Below are positions 48,548-57,615 of a stretch of 64,000 nucleotides of DNA, in pieces. The stretch lies in the IMG/VR virus record IMGVR_UViG_3300032312_001422, positions 96,001-160,000 of that record; one strand, 5' to 3'. Under the pieces are notes generated by a model. The model saw only the letters and a program-made list of their open reading frames with translations, was not told the DNA's origin and searched no databases. Within the stretch, counting starts at the first letter, position 1. The number at the start of each line of letters is the position of its first letter. The stretch comes from a virus (lineage: Duplodnaviria > Caudoviricetes). A program made the position numbers and the translations under genes.

Positions 48548-49754
48548 AATGACAACCAAAGATATTACCGCAGAACAATTGGTAGCTGTACTCAAATTTA
48601 CACCACGCACATACAAGATCAGTATGTGGGGCTACGGTGGCGAAAAAGTCATGGGCACAGTTAGTCGTGAAGTTTACGATTATTGCGTAGAAAACTGTGT
48701 TGATCTACAGGACATTGCCTGGGGCGACGAAGATCGTGTAGAAGAAATGGGTCTTGACATTGACATGTTGCCATTTACTCCGGGTTCGTGGTATGAATGC
48801 GATGACATGGCACATACCAACGGTGTGAGCCGTAATGCGGGTACACTACAAATCGAAGATGAAAACGGCAATGTTGTTTATGAGCGTAGTCTAGAAGATT
48901 GTGACGGCGGAAGCGATGATAGTCCAGAATGGTCCTGCTTTGATGAAGCATGGATTGGTAGCAAGCCTGCTGGTACTGTGGTATTTGTTGGATGCAGCAA
49001 TGAAAAAGGCACGTTCTTCGAAGGCGAAATTGAATTGACTGAACCGTTTGATATTACCAAACTGACCTTGCAATACGACGAAGTTGATGGTGAAGAACTG
49101 GTCAACTGTGTGCAGTACGATGGTGAGGACATTGACAACTGGGGCGGCAGTACTGACGGCAAGAGTAGTGACTTTGGTATGTATGTTGTGATAGACAGCA
49201 ACACATGGGAAACCTATAGTCCAGAAGAAAAAGACTGGGGTCACCCTGAGTATGGCACTAGCCCAAGCGACTGGGAGAAGTCTGAAACGTTTAAATTTGC
49301 CAAACAGAAACCTACCATTCCAGGTTATTACAATGCAGTATGGAAGCACTACGGAACTACCACCGGGTCGTTGTACTGGGATGGTACGGAGTTTGGCGAG
49401 TGGGAATACGGTAAGTTTAAACCACAAGCAGGTGTTGAGTCTTGGTCGGGCTATAACTGGGACACTAGCTCATGGGTCAATCAACCGCCTGAACCACCCA
49501 ATGTCATTTGCGATAACAAAGAGTGTGGATGGATTGGCAAGAGTGATGAACGCATCACTGATGAAGAGTATAATGATCATTGTCCTAACTGTGAAGGCAC
49601 AGACTTCTCATGGATTGACTATGATCCTGATACCAAAGCGGGTCGTGCCAACCGAGAAAAATTCTGTAAAGAATGGGATCCTGCGGTTGCAATGGATCGT
49701 ATTGTAGCATCCGTGCCCGAGGACGTTGCAACAAAGGCCAAATGGCCATTTTAA
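48531..49754 (+). CDS. Acidic hypothetical protein with C-terminal zinc-ribbon-like motif
   Basis: CDNKEC...CPNC; alternative start at 48549. Confidence 0.7.
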   Translation: MKANIKMTTKDITAEQLVAVLKFTPRTYKISMWGYGGEKVMGTVSREVYDYCVENCVDLQDIAWGDEDRVEEMGLDIDMLPFTPGSWYECDDMAHTNGVSRNAGTLQIEDENGNVVYERSLEDCDGGSDDSPEWSCFDEAWIGSKPAGTVVFVGCSNEKGTFFEGEIELTEPFDITKLTLQYDEVDGEELVNCVQYDGEDIDNWGGSTDGKSSDFGMYVVIDSNTWETYSPEEKDWGHPEYGTSPSDWEKSETFKFAKQKPTIPGYYNAVWKHYGTTTGSLYWDGTEFGEWEYGKFKPQAGVESWSGYNWDTSSWVNQPPEPPNVICDNKECGWIGKSDERITDEEYNDHCPNCEGTDFSWIDYDPDTKAGRANREKFCKEWDPAVAMDRIVASVPEDVATKAKWPF

Positions 49755-49769
49755 CATAAGGAGAATGTT

Positions 49770-50447
49770 ATGAATACAGCAGTATATCGTAGTGCCGCTG
49801 GAATCAATGAAGCAATGGGTCGTGTGTATGGTCACATGAGTGTTGCTGTGATTATCAGTATGATTGTGAGTTATTTTGTAGGATCTAGTCCAGAGTTAGT
49901 TCAATTCTTTTTTACAGGCCTAACAAAATGGATTGTTATCTTTGCTCCGTTAGTGTGTATTTTAGCAATGACATTTGCGTCTGAACGGTTTAGTAAGGGT
50001 GGCCTACAATTATTCTTGTATGCGTTTAGTGCTCTTATGGGTCTGAGCTTTGCCACAATATTTGTCATCTACTCTATGGGCAGTATTGTCACAGCCTTTA
50101 TGGGTGGTGCTGTACTGTTTGGCACCATGAGCATTTATGGTTACTTTACCAAAAAAGATTTGACCAGTGTGGGATCATTTATGTTTGTGGGCTTGATTGC
50201 AATCGTTATTGCCAGCATTGTTAACATTTTTATTGGTAGCACAGTATTGCAAATGGTCATCAGTGCTATTGCTATCGTTGTGTTCTTAGGACTAACTGCA
50301 TACGATACACAAACTATTCGTCAAATAGTAACACGTGACAGCGACACTGGCCGCGAAGAAGTGTTAGGCGCACTTAGCCTATACCTAAACTTTATCAATA
50401 TTTTTATCAGCCTGTTGCAGTTGTTTGGTGGTCGTAATGATGACTGA
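49770..50447 (+). CDS. Bax inhibitor-1/YccA family membrane protein
   Basis: RVYGHM, multiple TM helices, FLGLTAYDTQTI, ALSLYLNFINIFISLLQLFG. Confidence 0.9.
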   Translation: MNTAVYRSAAGINEAMGRVYGHMSVAVIISMIVSYFVGSSPELVQFFFTGLTKWIVIFAPLVCILAMTFASERFSKGGLQLFLYAFSALMGLSFATIFVIYSMGSIVTAFMGGAVLFGTMSIYGYFTKKDLTSVGSFMFVGLIAIVIASIVNIFIGSTVLQMVISAIAIVVFLGLTAYDTQTIRQIVTRDSDTGREEVLGALSLYLNFINIFISLLQLFGGRNDD

Positions 50448-50613
50448 TCCACGCTGTTGCGGTTCAGGCACTTGCATTATTAATGCAGAAGGCGAGTGCT
50501 GGTGCGGACAACGATGGGATGGTACTAAAATGTGCCAACCTTATTATATCAACGAATCCGGTATGAAGGTCAATGCCGTAACAGGAGATCTTATCCATGA
50601 CCAAAAAATTTAG
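50437..50613 (+). CDS. Small Cys-rich hypothetical protein
   Basis: CCGSGTC...CWCG...MC. Confidence 0.5.
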   Translation: MMTDPRCCGSGTCIINAEGECWCGQRWDGTKMCQPYYINESGMKVNAVTGDLIHDQKI

Positions 50614-50736
50614 AATTTGGCTAGCTCGTAAGATTTTAGGCAACCATTGTCCTTGCTATCAAATGGGCTATCACTCAATGGTAGATTTCCAACAGCGTAG
50701 TGCAGATGCTTTAGCCAAACACAAGGCAACAAAAGA

Positions 50737-50940
50737 ATGACAACCTTTACCACCGATGACATTGAAAGTTTAAAGACTGAATGGTTTCCATTTGATTTAG
50801 ATCCTGTCCACGAAGGCGAATACGAAGTAATGAGCTCTGCATGGCCGTGGGTGCATCGTGCAGGGTGGACCAAAAAAAACGGCTGGGGAGATTTACAAAT
50901 TGACCAATGGCGTGGATTAAAGGTACGGATTCCAGAATGA
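50737..50940 (+). CDS. Hypothetical protein
   Basis: 67 aa, ATGA overlap with the galE-like gene. Confidence 0.6.
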   Translation: MTTFTTDDIESLKTEWFPFDLDPVHEGEYEVMSSAWPWVHRAGWTKKNGWGDLQIDQWRGLKVRIPE

Positions 50941-51914
50941 CTAGAAAAGTTGTAGTAACAGGTGGTTGTGGTTACATTGGTAGCCATGTAGCACGAGCAT
51001 TTAAACAGCAAGGCGATCATGTTACTATAATTGATCGAGTCCGACGTGATCACACACTTAAAGATATTGATGGACACTTTATCGGAGACTTTGTCAGTGA
51101 CGGAGCATTGAGTGTACTTATACACGCTGAACCTGATGTGATTGTGCATTGTGCTGGCACCAGCTTGGTAGGACCCAGCATGACCAACCCCGGCGAGTAT
51201 TGGGACAATAACGTGGTAAAGTTTATTAAATTATTAGATGTGGTTAAGAATTTACCCAAGCGACCACTGATCTTGTTCAGTTCAAGTGCCAGTGTGTATG
51301 GCGAACCTAACCGTTTACCAATTCCTGAAACACACAGGATAGACCCAATCAGCCCGTACGGCAATACCAAAGCCACTTGTGAACGCATATTAAAAGACTA
51401 TTACCTAGCTCATGCCGTTCCCAGTGTGTGTTTTAGATTCTTTAATGCTGCAGGTGCTGAGCCTTTTAATTATGACCTTGGCCAAGAACCCAACGCCACA
51501 CACATTGTGGCTCGAGTGCTAGAATCCATGTTGCGTAAAGAAGAATTTGGCCTAAATGGCACAGATTACAAAACACGTGATGGCACTTGTGTCAGAGACT
51601 ACATACACGTATGGGATCTAGCACAGGCACATATTATGGCTGCTGATCGAGCAGGAGAGGCCACCGGATGGGTTGGTGCTCAACAGATCAATCTTGGTAC
51701 CGGCGGTGGTATTAGCAATCAAGAAATTGTCGACTATGTCAAACAACATTACGATCCTGATTTCCGCACAGTTGTGAATTCACCCAGATTGGGAGATCCA
51801 GCTGAATTGGTAGCACAAGCGGATCGAGCCAATGAATGGTTAAATTGGACTGCTGAACACAGCGACATAAGTACTATTATAGACTCAGCTTATAAGTGGT
51901 ATACTCGGGTCTAA
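50937..51914 (+). CDS. galE: UDP-glucose 4-epimerase-like extended SDR
   Basis: VVVTGGCGYIGSH, FSSSASVYG, PYGNTK (YxxxK), FRFFNAAGA, DGTCVRDYIHVWDLA..H; start moved to ATG 50937. Confidence 0.9.
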   Translation: MTRKVVVTGGCGYIGSHVARAFKQQGDHVTIIDRVRRDHTLKDIDGHFIGDFVSDGALSVLIHAEPDVIVHCAGTSLVGPSMTNPGEYWDNNVVKFIKLLDVVKNLPKRPLILFSSSASVYGEPNRLPIPETHRIDPISPYGNTKATCERILKDYYLAHAVPSVCFRFFNAAGAEPFNYDLGQEPNATHIVARVLESMLRKEEFGLNGTDYKTRDGTCVRDYIHVWDLAQAHIMAADRAGEATGWVGAQQINLGTGGGISNQEIVDYVKQHYDPDFRTVVNSPRLGDPAELVAQADRANEWLNWTAEHSDISTIIDSAYKWYTRV

Positions 51915-51930
51915 TCTCCCAAGGCCTACA

Positions 51931-52959
51931 ATGTATCAATACGCAGAACTTGTCCACTGGATGAGAAATCAAGACACCATGAAGATTCTGCCTGCACAGG
52001 TAGACATAGATCTAACCAATGTATGCAATCAAGATTGTTACTATTGCAACTCTGCCGACTTCCGTGCAGAAAAACCTGTGCAAAAGAAATACACAGAATA
52101 CATTGAGTTACTAGACAAGTTGGCTGGTTGGCGAGCACACACGCCTAACAGCTATGGCACAACACACACTATTACCTATCCCGGTGGTGGCGAACCCACT
52201 GTGTTGGTCAGTTACGAAAAGGTTATTGAGCATACTCTAGACCTAGGATTCCTGACCAGTTTAACCACAAATGGCAGTAACTTAGATAGCCTGCTGGATA
52301 CTGTTCATGTAGACAAGTTACGCAAGATGGCCTGGATTGGTATTGATATTGATGCAGGTACAGAACCTTTATATGAACAAATACGACGCAGTTTAACTGC
52401 TCGAAGTTTGTTTACCAAAGTATGCGACAATGCACGTGGCTTGATCGAAGCTGGCGTTAATGTGGACTTTAAGTGTTTGATTAATCCCTTAAATGACACA
52501 GAAGAAGCAATGAATGACCTGTTTCAGTTAGTTGCCGGCCTTGGCGGGCGTATGATATACTTCCGTCCTGTTATCATTGACAGTCAAGCATATCCCATCA
52601 CAGAGGCAACCATTGCTAGACTAGATCGATATAGCAAACTGTACAAACTACCTTACTGGGCCAATCAAAATAAAACATTGCCACGCAACTACAAGAAGTG
52701 TCACCAGATGTTTCACTTTCCTGTGTTTTGTGCTGATGGAAAAATTTATATCTGTTGTGAAGGCAAAGGCAATCCACAATTTGAATTGACCAATTGGGAC
52801 TCGGGTGACTTCCGCGATAGCTGGCTAAATGAACGTCATTATGACATATACAATAAAACCCGTGTGGAGTTTTGTGCTCCGTGCAGGCCAAATATCAGCA
52901 ACATACAAATACAAAACATTTTAGACAATCCCAAAAAAATAGAGACCTTATACCTATGA
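51931..52959 (+). CDS. Radical SAM protein with C-terminal SPASM-like domain
   Basis: CNQDCYYC, GGGEP, LTTNG; KC...DGKIYICC...CAPC. Confidence 0.88.
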   Translation: MYQYAELVHWMRNQDTMKILPAQVDIDLTNVCNQDCYYCNSADFRAEKPVQKKYTEYIELLDKLAGWRAHTPNSYGTTHTITYPGGGEPTVLVSYEKVIEHTLDLGFLTSLTTNGSNLDSLLDTVHVDKLRKMAWIGIDIDAGTEPLYEQIRRSLTARSLFTKVCDNARGLIEAGVNVDFKCLINPLNDTEEAMNDLFQLVAGLGGRMIYFRPVIIDSQAYPITEATIARLDRYSKLYKLPYWANQNKTLPRNYKKCHQMFHFPVFCADGKIYICCEGKGNPQFELTNWDSGDFRDSWLNERHYDIYNKTRVEFCAPCRPNISNIQIQNILDNPKKIETLYL

Positions 52960-53318
52960 ATATCACATTTCCTGTTATTGAATTATTTGATCGCCTGGCC
53001 ATTGCTGACGTTAAGTTTAAACGCACTGGAGGTGCCAATGCTGAAGAACTGACTTGGTACATGAATCAAGCAATAGCATATGACATTGAAAAAATTGAAG
53101 ATCTATATACAAATCTTGTGGGCATACACAACGAAATATGGGAATTGGAATCACTGCTCAAAACAGGACGTGAGCAAGAATTAGGACTAGAAGAAATTGG
53201 CCGTCGTGCCATTGCCATTAGAGATCACAACAACAAACGTATTGCCATTAAAAATGCCATTGCTGAACGACTTGAATGCCTAGTACGTGAAATAAAACAA
53301 GATCACCTAAGCGAATAG
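52956..53318 (+). CDS. Small helical protein (resembles DUF6165-type proteins)
   Basis: IELFDRLAIADVK...IWELE...IRDHNNKRIAIKNAI; start moved to ATG 52956. Confidence 0.55.
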   Translation: MNITFPVIELFDRLAIADVKFKRTGGANAEELTWYMNQAIAYDIEKIEDLYTNLVGIHNEIWELESLLKTGREQELGLEEIGRRAIAIRDHNNKRIAIKNAIAERLECLVREIKQDHLSE

Positions 53319-54392
53319 TTTGTCAAGCATGGTTCTTGAAACCTTACCGGCGGCATTCTTAGGTACTTCGTCAACTTCTTTGAGCACAGTTGGATAACAG
53401 TATTGCCCCATAGACACTAATACTGTTTTAATTTGCGTTTTATTGTACGGGCCACTGTATACACATTTTACAGAGTCTGTGCCAAATACTGCCAGGTCTT
53501 TAAGATCAGGAAACACAGCATATAGTTTGTTTTCTAGGCTTAAAGGATCTAATTTGTAGCCGCGAACATTAATACGATCTACACTACGTCCTAGAATTCG
53601 AAAATAGCCTGCTTCATCTTGTTCGGCCAAATCTCCGGTGTCGAGCCAATCCGAATTAGCCACACTAGGACCTCGTATCAGTAGTTTACTTTGTTCAATA
53701 CGTGCTTCTACTCCATCAGGTAAACCCACTGTACCTATGCGTTGTTCTCCATCCAGCGGATTGGTCAAACAGTGACTACATGATTCTGTCATGCCAAAAC
53801 TTTCAACAATAGGCACACCAAACTGTTCTTTCATAGCAGAATACAGTTGCGGAGGTAAAGCAGAGCTAGCACTACGAACAAATCGTAAACTATCAAACCT
53901 TTGTTTCATCAGGGCTTTTAATATATCTGGAATACCAGTAATAAATGTAGGACTGTATTTGGATACTTCTTGTAATCGTCCAATGGGCAAAAATGTTGTT
54001 TCCATACCAATCATGCGACTCATCCAATACATCATTTGGCCGTGTGCATGCCATAGGCTCATTACACCAACATAACGATCATTGGCAGTAAGATTATAGG
54101 ATTTGATTATTTGACCACATACATAATTGACTTGCTGTTCGGTAAAACTGTAAAATTTACTATCGCCAGTTGTGCCTGAAGTATACCAGTAGACTTTTTC
54201 TCCAGGGTACTCAGCACCATCCCGCTCTTGTATGTTGTCGGCCGTGACCAATAGGCTCCAATCCGAATTGTTTAACAGGTATTGGTTTCGGTCAGCCGGC
54301 GCTGCAGGATTCAATACCATAATGCTATAATTTTTATCATATAGTGGTATGTAGTCCCAGGGGTTGGGTACACAAATGACAGCTCTTTTCAT
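53307..54392 (-). CDS. Adenylate-forming (acyl-CoA synthetase-like) enzyme, compact
   Basis: YTSGTTGDSK, ESFGMTE, DTGDL, GRSVDRINVRG, PKNAAGKV. Confidence 0.9.
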   Translation of the reverse strand: MKRAVICVPNPWDYIPLYDKNYSIMVLNPAAPADRNQYLLNNSDWSLLVTADNIQERDGAEYPGEKVYWYTSGTTGDSKFYSFTEQQVNYVCGQIIKSYNLTANDRYVGVMSLWHAHGQMMYWMSRMIGMETTFLPIGRLQEVSKYSPTFITGIPDILKALMKQRFDSLRFVRSASSALPPQLYSAMKEQFGVPIVESFGMTESCSHCLTNPLDGEQRIGTVGLPDGVEARIEQSKLLIRGPSVANSDWLDTGDLAEQDEAGYFRILGRSVDRINVRGYKLDPLSLENKLYAVFPDLKDLAVFGTDSVKCVYSGPYNKTQIKTVLVSMGQYCYPTVLKEVDEVPKNAAGKVSRTMLDKLFA

Positions 54393-54448
54393 TGGATTTT
54401 ATTAGTTGATATGGTATTTATATTTCGATAAAAAATTATCAACACGTA

Positions 54449-54477
54449 TTGACTTGTAGATCTAAATACTGTATAAT
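54449..54477 (+). promoter_or_regulatory. Sigma70-like promoter TTGACT-N17-TATAAT with nested TAAATA
   Basis: Between divergent genes; ATG 54490 lies 12 nt after the -10. Confidence 0.65.
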
Positions 54478-54489
54478 GTTAACATCAAA

Positions 54490-55410
54490 ATGAATAAACC
54501 TACACTTATAAATCTTAAAAATTTACCATACGGTGGTGCACAGTATGTACCCAGCAACGAACGAGAACAATTTGTTCGTCATAGTATCAAAGTATCAGCA
54601 GACAGCTTATGGTTACCACAGTTACAAGATGAATTTCTTGTTGCATATCGTCAATGGATTGGTGCTACCAAACTAAACACCATCGCAGGCCTAGACAAAT
54701 TTCCCGTATCAGCAGTTGCTCAAGGAACCACCGAAGCATTTGATAAATTTTATCTTAAAAATTCTGCTCGTCGTTTGAGATATTTCAAAGGTGAGTACAT
54801 GTATCATCAAGTGGCTGGAAGACAATACTTTGGAAGCGCCAGTACATTTATCGAAGATGAAGCACTGGACATTAATGATGCAGTGGTTGTCAGTTTGCCA
54901 TTCAGTGATACCGGCAATGAACATCCAAAAATGAAGGCCATGCTTGCGGAATGTACAAGATTGGGTATTCCAGTGTTGATGGATTGTGCATATTTTGGTA
55001 TTTGCAGTGGCATTGATTTTGATGTTGATCACGATTGTATCACAGACATAACCTTTAGTCTGAGCAAGACATTTCCAGTTCCCCATTTGCGTATTGGCAT
55101 GCGATTGACACGTGTCGATGATGATGACGCACTACTGGTCACAAACAAAACACAATATGTCAATCGGTTGAGCGTGGCAGTTGGGCTAGAACTCATACAA
55201 ATGTGGGACTGTGATACTATTCCCAATTTGTATTTGGAGACTCAAAAAGAATTTTGCAAAGCATTAGAAGTCGAACCAAGTAATTGTGTTATTTTTGGCA
55301 TAGACACTACTGAAAAATGGAAACAATACAATCGTGGTGGAGCAACCAATCGTTTATGTTTTGCCAAATACCTGCACGAAAAACAATTACCCATTGACTT
55401 CACAGTCTAA
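54490..55410 (+). CDS. PLP-dependent fold-type I enzyme (aminotransferase/decarboxylase-like)
   Basis: GTTEAF, VLMDCAY, TFSLSKTF...RIG. Confidence 0.7.
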   Translation: MNKPTLINLKNLPYGGAQYVPSNEREQFVRHSIKVSADSLWLPQLQDEFLVAYRQWIGATKLNTIAGLDKFPVSAVAQGTTEAFDKFYLKNSARRLRYFKGEYMYHQVAGRQYFGSASTFIEDEALDINDAVVVSLPFSDTGNEHPKMKAMLAECTRLGIPVLMDCAYFGICSGIDFDVDHDCITDITFSLSKTFPVPHLRIGMRLTRVDDDDALLVTNKTQYVNRLSVAVGLELIQMWDCDTIPNLYLETQKEFCKALEVEPSNCVIFGIDTTEKWKQYNRGGATNRLCFAKYLHEKQLPIDFTV

Positions 55411-55422
55411 ATATTATACAAT
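55394..55422 (+). promoter_or_regulatory. Sigma70-like promoter TTGACT-N17-TACAAT with nested TAAATA for folE
   Basis: -35 at 55394-55399, -10 at 55417-55422. Confidence 0.65.
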
Positions 55423-55459
55423 AATACAAAGTCATCCACGACACTAACTCGGAGAATAA

Positions 55460-56302
55460 ATGTCCAAAAATAAAGATAAAAACAAAGATAAAAATAAAAA
55501 TAAAGATCTACTATTTGATGCAATCAAAGCTACACAATACGTAAATGAAGCACCGTATCATCCCGGATACGAAGATGCTGTAATGCACATGAGCGATAAA
55601 GGTTACGAAGAAGGCAAGTATCTAGCCGATGCTATCCGATTTAATATGAAGCGTGATAAAAAACGTTTCTGGGCTGGTGACAACATCAGTGAATACTTGC
55701 ATGAAGGTGATAAAGAACGACTAATCGATGAAGCTACAGAAGCTTTTGAACGAGTGTTAGATACCTTGCTGATTGATCGTGAGAATGATCCTAACTCAAA
55801 AGGTACAGCACGTCGTTTGGCCAAGATGTATTTTAACGAAATTATGGAGGGCAGATATGCTCCAGCGCCAGATGCAACAGCTTTTCCAAATGATTCAGCG
55901 GATAGATACGAAGGTATGCTTGTGGTTCGTAGCGAACTGCGTTCTATGTGCAGTCACCATCATCAGCCTGTGTCTGGTGTTGCTTACATCGGAATCATTG
56001 CCGCAAATAAACTTATTGGCTTGTCTAAATATACTAGGATCGCTCAGTGGTGTGCTCGTCGTGGCACACTTCAAGAAGAACTATGTAACGACATCGCAAG
56101 AGAAATAATGCGGGCCACTGAATCAGAAAACGTGGGTGTGTATATCCAAGCGGTACACGGGTGCTGTGAGAATCGTGGCATTATGGCACACTCTAGTCTA
56201 ACGCAGACTACTGTGTTGCGTGGTAGTTTTCAAACAGACCCAGGAACCAAAAAAGAGTTCATGGACAATATTAAACTACAACAGGACTTTGCTCCTCGTT
56301 AA
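55460..56302 (+). CDS. folE: GTP cyclohydrolase I (type IA)
   Basis: SMCSHHHQP, GLSKYTRI, RRGTLQEEL, HGCCENRG; N-terminal KNKD low-complexity repeat. Confidence 0.95.
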   Translation: MSKNKDKNKDKNKNKDLLFDAIKATQYVNEAPYHPGYEDAVMHMSDKGYEEGKYLADAIRFNMKRDKKRFWAGDNISEYLHEGDKERLIDEATEAFERVLDTLLIDRENDPNSKGTARRLAKMYFNEIMEGRYAPAPDATAFPNDSADRYEGMLVVRSELRSMCSHHHQPVSGVAYIGIIAANKLIGLSKYTRIAQWCARRGTLQEELCNDIAREIMRATESENVGVYIQAVHGCCENRGIMAHSSLTQTTVLRGSFQTDPGTKKEFMDNIKLQQDFAPR

Positions 56303-56316
56303 GGAACATAACTACA

Positions 56317-56979
56317 ATGTTAGAAACCATATGTGAAGTATTAGAAGATGCGTACAAACGCAATTGGATTACCAGCCGTGATGGCAATGTGAGTATTCGT
56401 CATCACGACCGCGATCATTTCTACATCACTCCTAGTGGTGTGCGTAAACAGACACTACAACCTGATCAGTTTAAGAAAATTATAATTAAACCTCCAATGA
56501 CTTGGAACGAACCAGGCACAGGTTTATTAGCAGAACGTTGGGGGTGGAAAGAAGACACCTACACCGATATTAGTTCTAAACTACGACCCAGTGGAGAGAT
56601 TCCTTTGCATTTTGGTCTACAGAAACAGATGGGACAACACTTGGGAGAAGTCCGAGTAGTGGTACATGTGCATCCTACCTACTGCATTGCGGCCATGCAT
56701 GCCGGCATTGATTTGAGTACTGTGAGTGCGGCATTTCCAGAACTCAATCGATATACTCGGGTAGCACCCAATGTACCGGATGTTCCGCCAATCAGTCAAG
56801 AGCTTGCAGATAAATGTTTTGAAAAGCTAGGCCTAGATGATCAAGGTAACATTGCCTATGACATTGTGGGCATCAAAGGGCATGGAGTAGTTGCTATTGA
56901 TACAAGTCCGTGGCGTGCCTATGAGCACATAGAGCGATTAGAACACATTTGCAAGATTGTATTGGCCTCTAAAACATGA
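56317..56979 (+). CDS. Class II aldolase/adducin family metalloenzyme
   Basis: SRDGNVS, ITPSG, PSGE...H, VVHVHPTY, KGHGVV. Confidence 0.88.
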   Translation: MLETICEVLEDAYKRNWITSRDGNVSIRHHDRDHFYITPSGVRKQTLQPDQFKKIIIKPPMTWNEPGTGLLAERWGWKEDTYTDISSKLRPSGEIPLHFGLQKQMGQHLGEVRVVVHVHPTYCIAAMHAGIDLSTVSAAFPELNRYTRVAPNVPDVPPISQELADKCFEKLGLDDQGNIAYDIVGIKGHGVVAIDTSPWRAYEHIERLEHICKIVLASKT

Positions 56980-57305
56980 TACCTAAAAGTTGGCGCATAG
57001 GATTTTTTAACTGGCTTGGTGCAGGCAAAATAACATTAACAGTAGATAAACCACAGGAATACTCAATGGGAAATACATACACAATAGGCGGTGGTGGAGC
57101 AGGGTTGGGCGGCCTTCAGCTTAATCCATCAACTCCACAAAGTAGTCAAACAATGACTGTCAAGATTACTCCAGCCAACGGTGGCACTATTGTTCAAATG
57201 CTAACTAGCGAATATAGCAACGGAGAGTTATATATTATTCCAGACGGAATAGACTTTGATAGGGAACTAGGTAAAATTATCACTATGAGCAAATTAAAAT
57301 CATGA
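56976..57305 (+). CDS. Hypothetical protein
   Basis: ATGA-coupled ORF. Confidence 0.55.
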   Translation: MIPKSWRIGFFNWLGAGKITLTVDKPQEYSMGNTYTIGGGGAGLGGLQLNPSTPQSSQTMTVKITPANGGTIVQMLTSEYSNGELYIIPDGIDFDRELGKIITMSKLKS

Positions 57306-57529
57306 TTACACAAAGCCTACAGGCTGTTATAACAGAAGTATCCGACCTATGGTCTTGGATGATTGGCATTGTTGCTGGTTGGGGTCTAACATTTACTCTT
57401 GTGGTCGCTGTACTGATATATGCACACATCAGAATTTCTAGATTGCAACGTAAGGTAACACAGCTTGAAAATCGTCATGTAACAGATGAGCGGGACCTTA
57501 GCTTACGTATAAGGAAGTTTGAAAAATGA
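57302..57529 (+). CDS. Small membrane protein
   Basis: One TM helix followed by a coiled coil. Confidence 0.6.
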   Translation: MITQSLQAVITEVSDLWSWMIGIVAGWGLTFTLVVAVLIYAHIRISRLQRKVTQLENRHVTDERDLSLRIRKFEK

Positions 57530-57615
57530 AATTAGGTGAACTAATCTCTATGGTTATTTTTGGAATTATCTTGGTTGCATTTATTTTTTATCAATATGGA
57601 CATCATGTAAAATGA
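57526..57615 (+). CDS. 29-aa single-TM protein, not in ORF track
   Basis: MKLGELISMVIFGIILVAFIFYQYGHHVK; ATGA overlaps with both neighbours. Confidence 0.55.
   Translation: MKLGELISMVIFGIILVAFIFYQYGHHVK

Noticed and set aside
55466-55507. KNKD-encoding A-rich repeat at the folE start as a phase-variation or frameshift site
   Set aside because: Repeat units are multiples of 3 nt and keep the frame; most simply a low-complexity extension.
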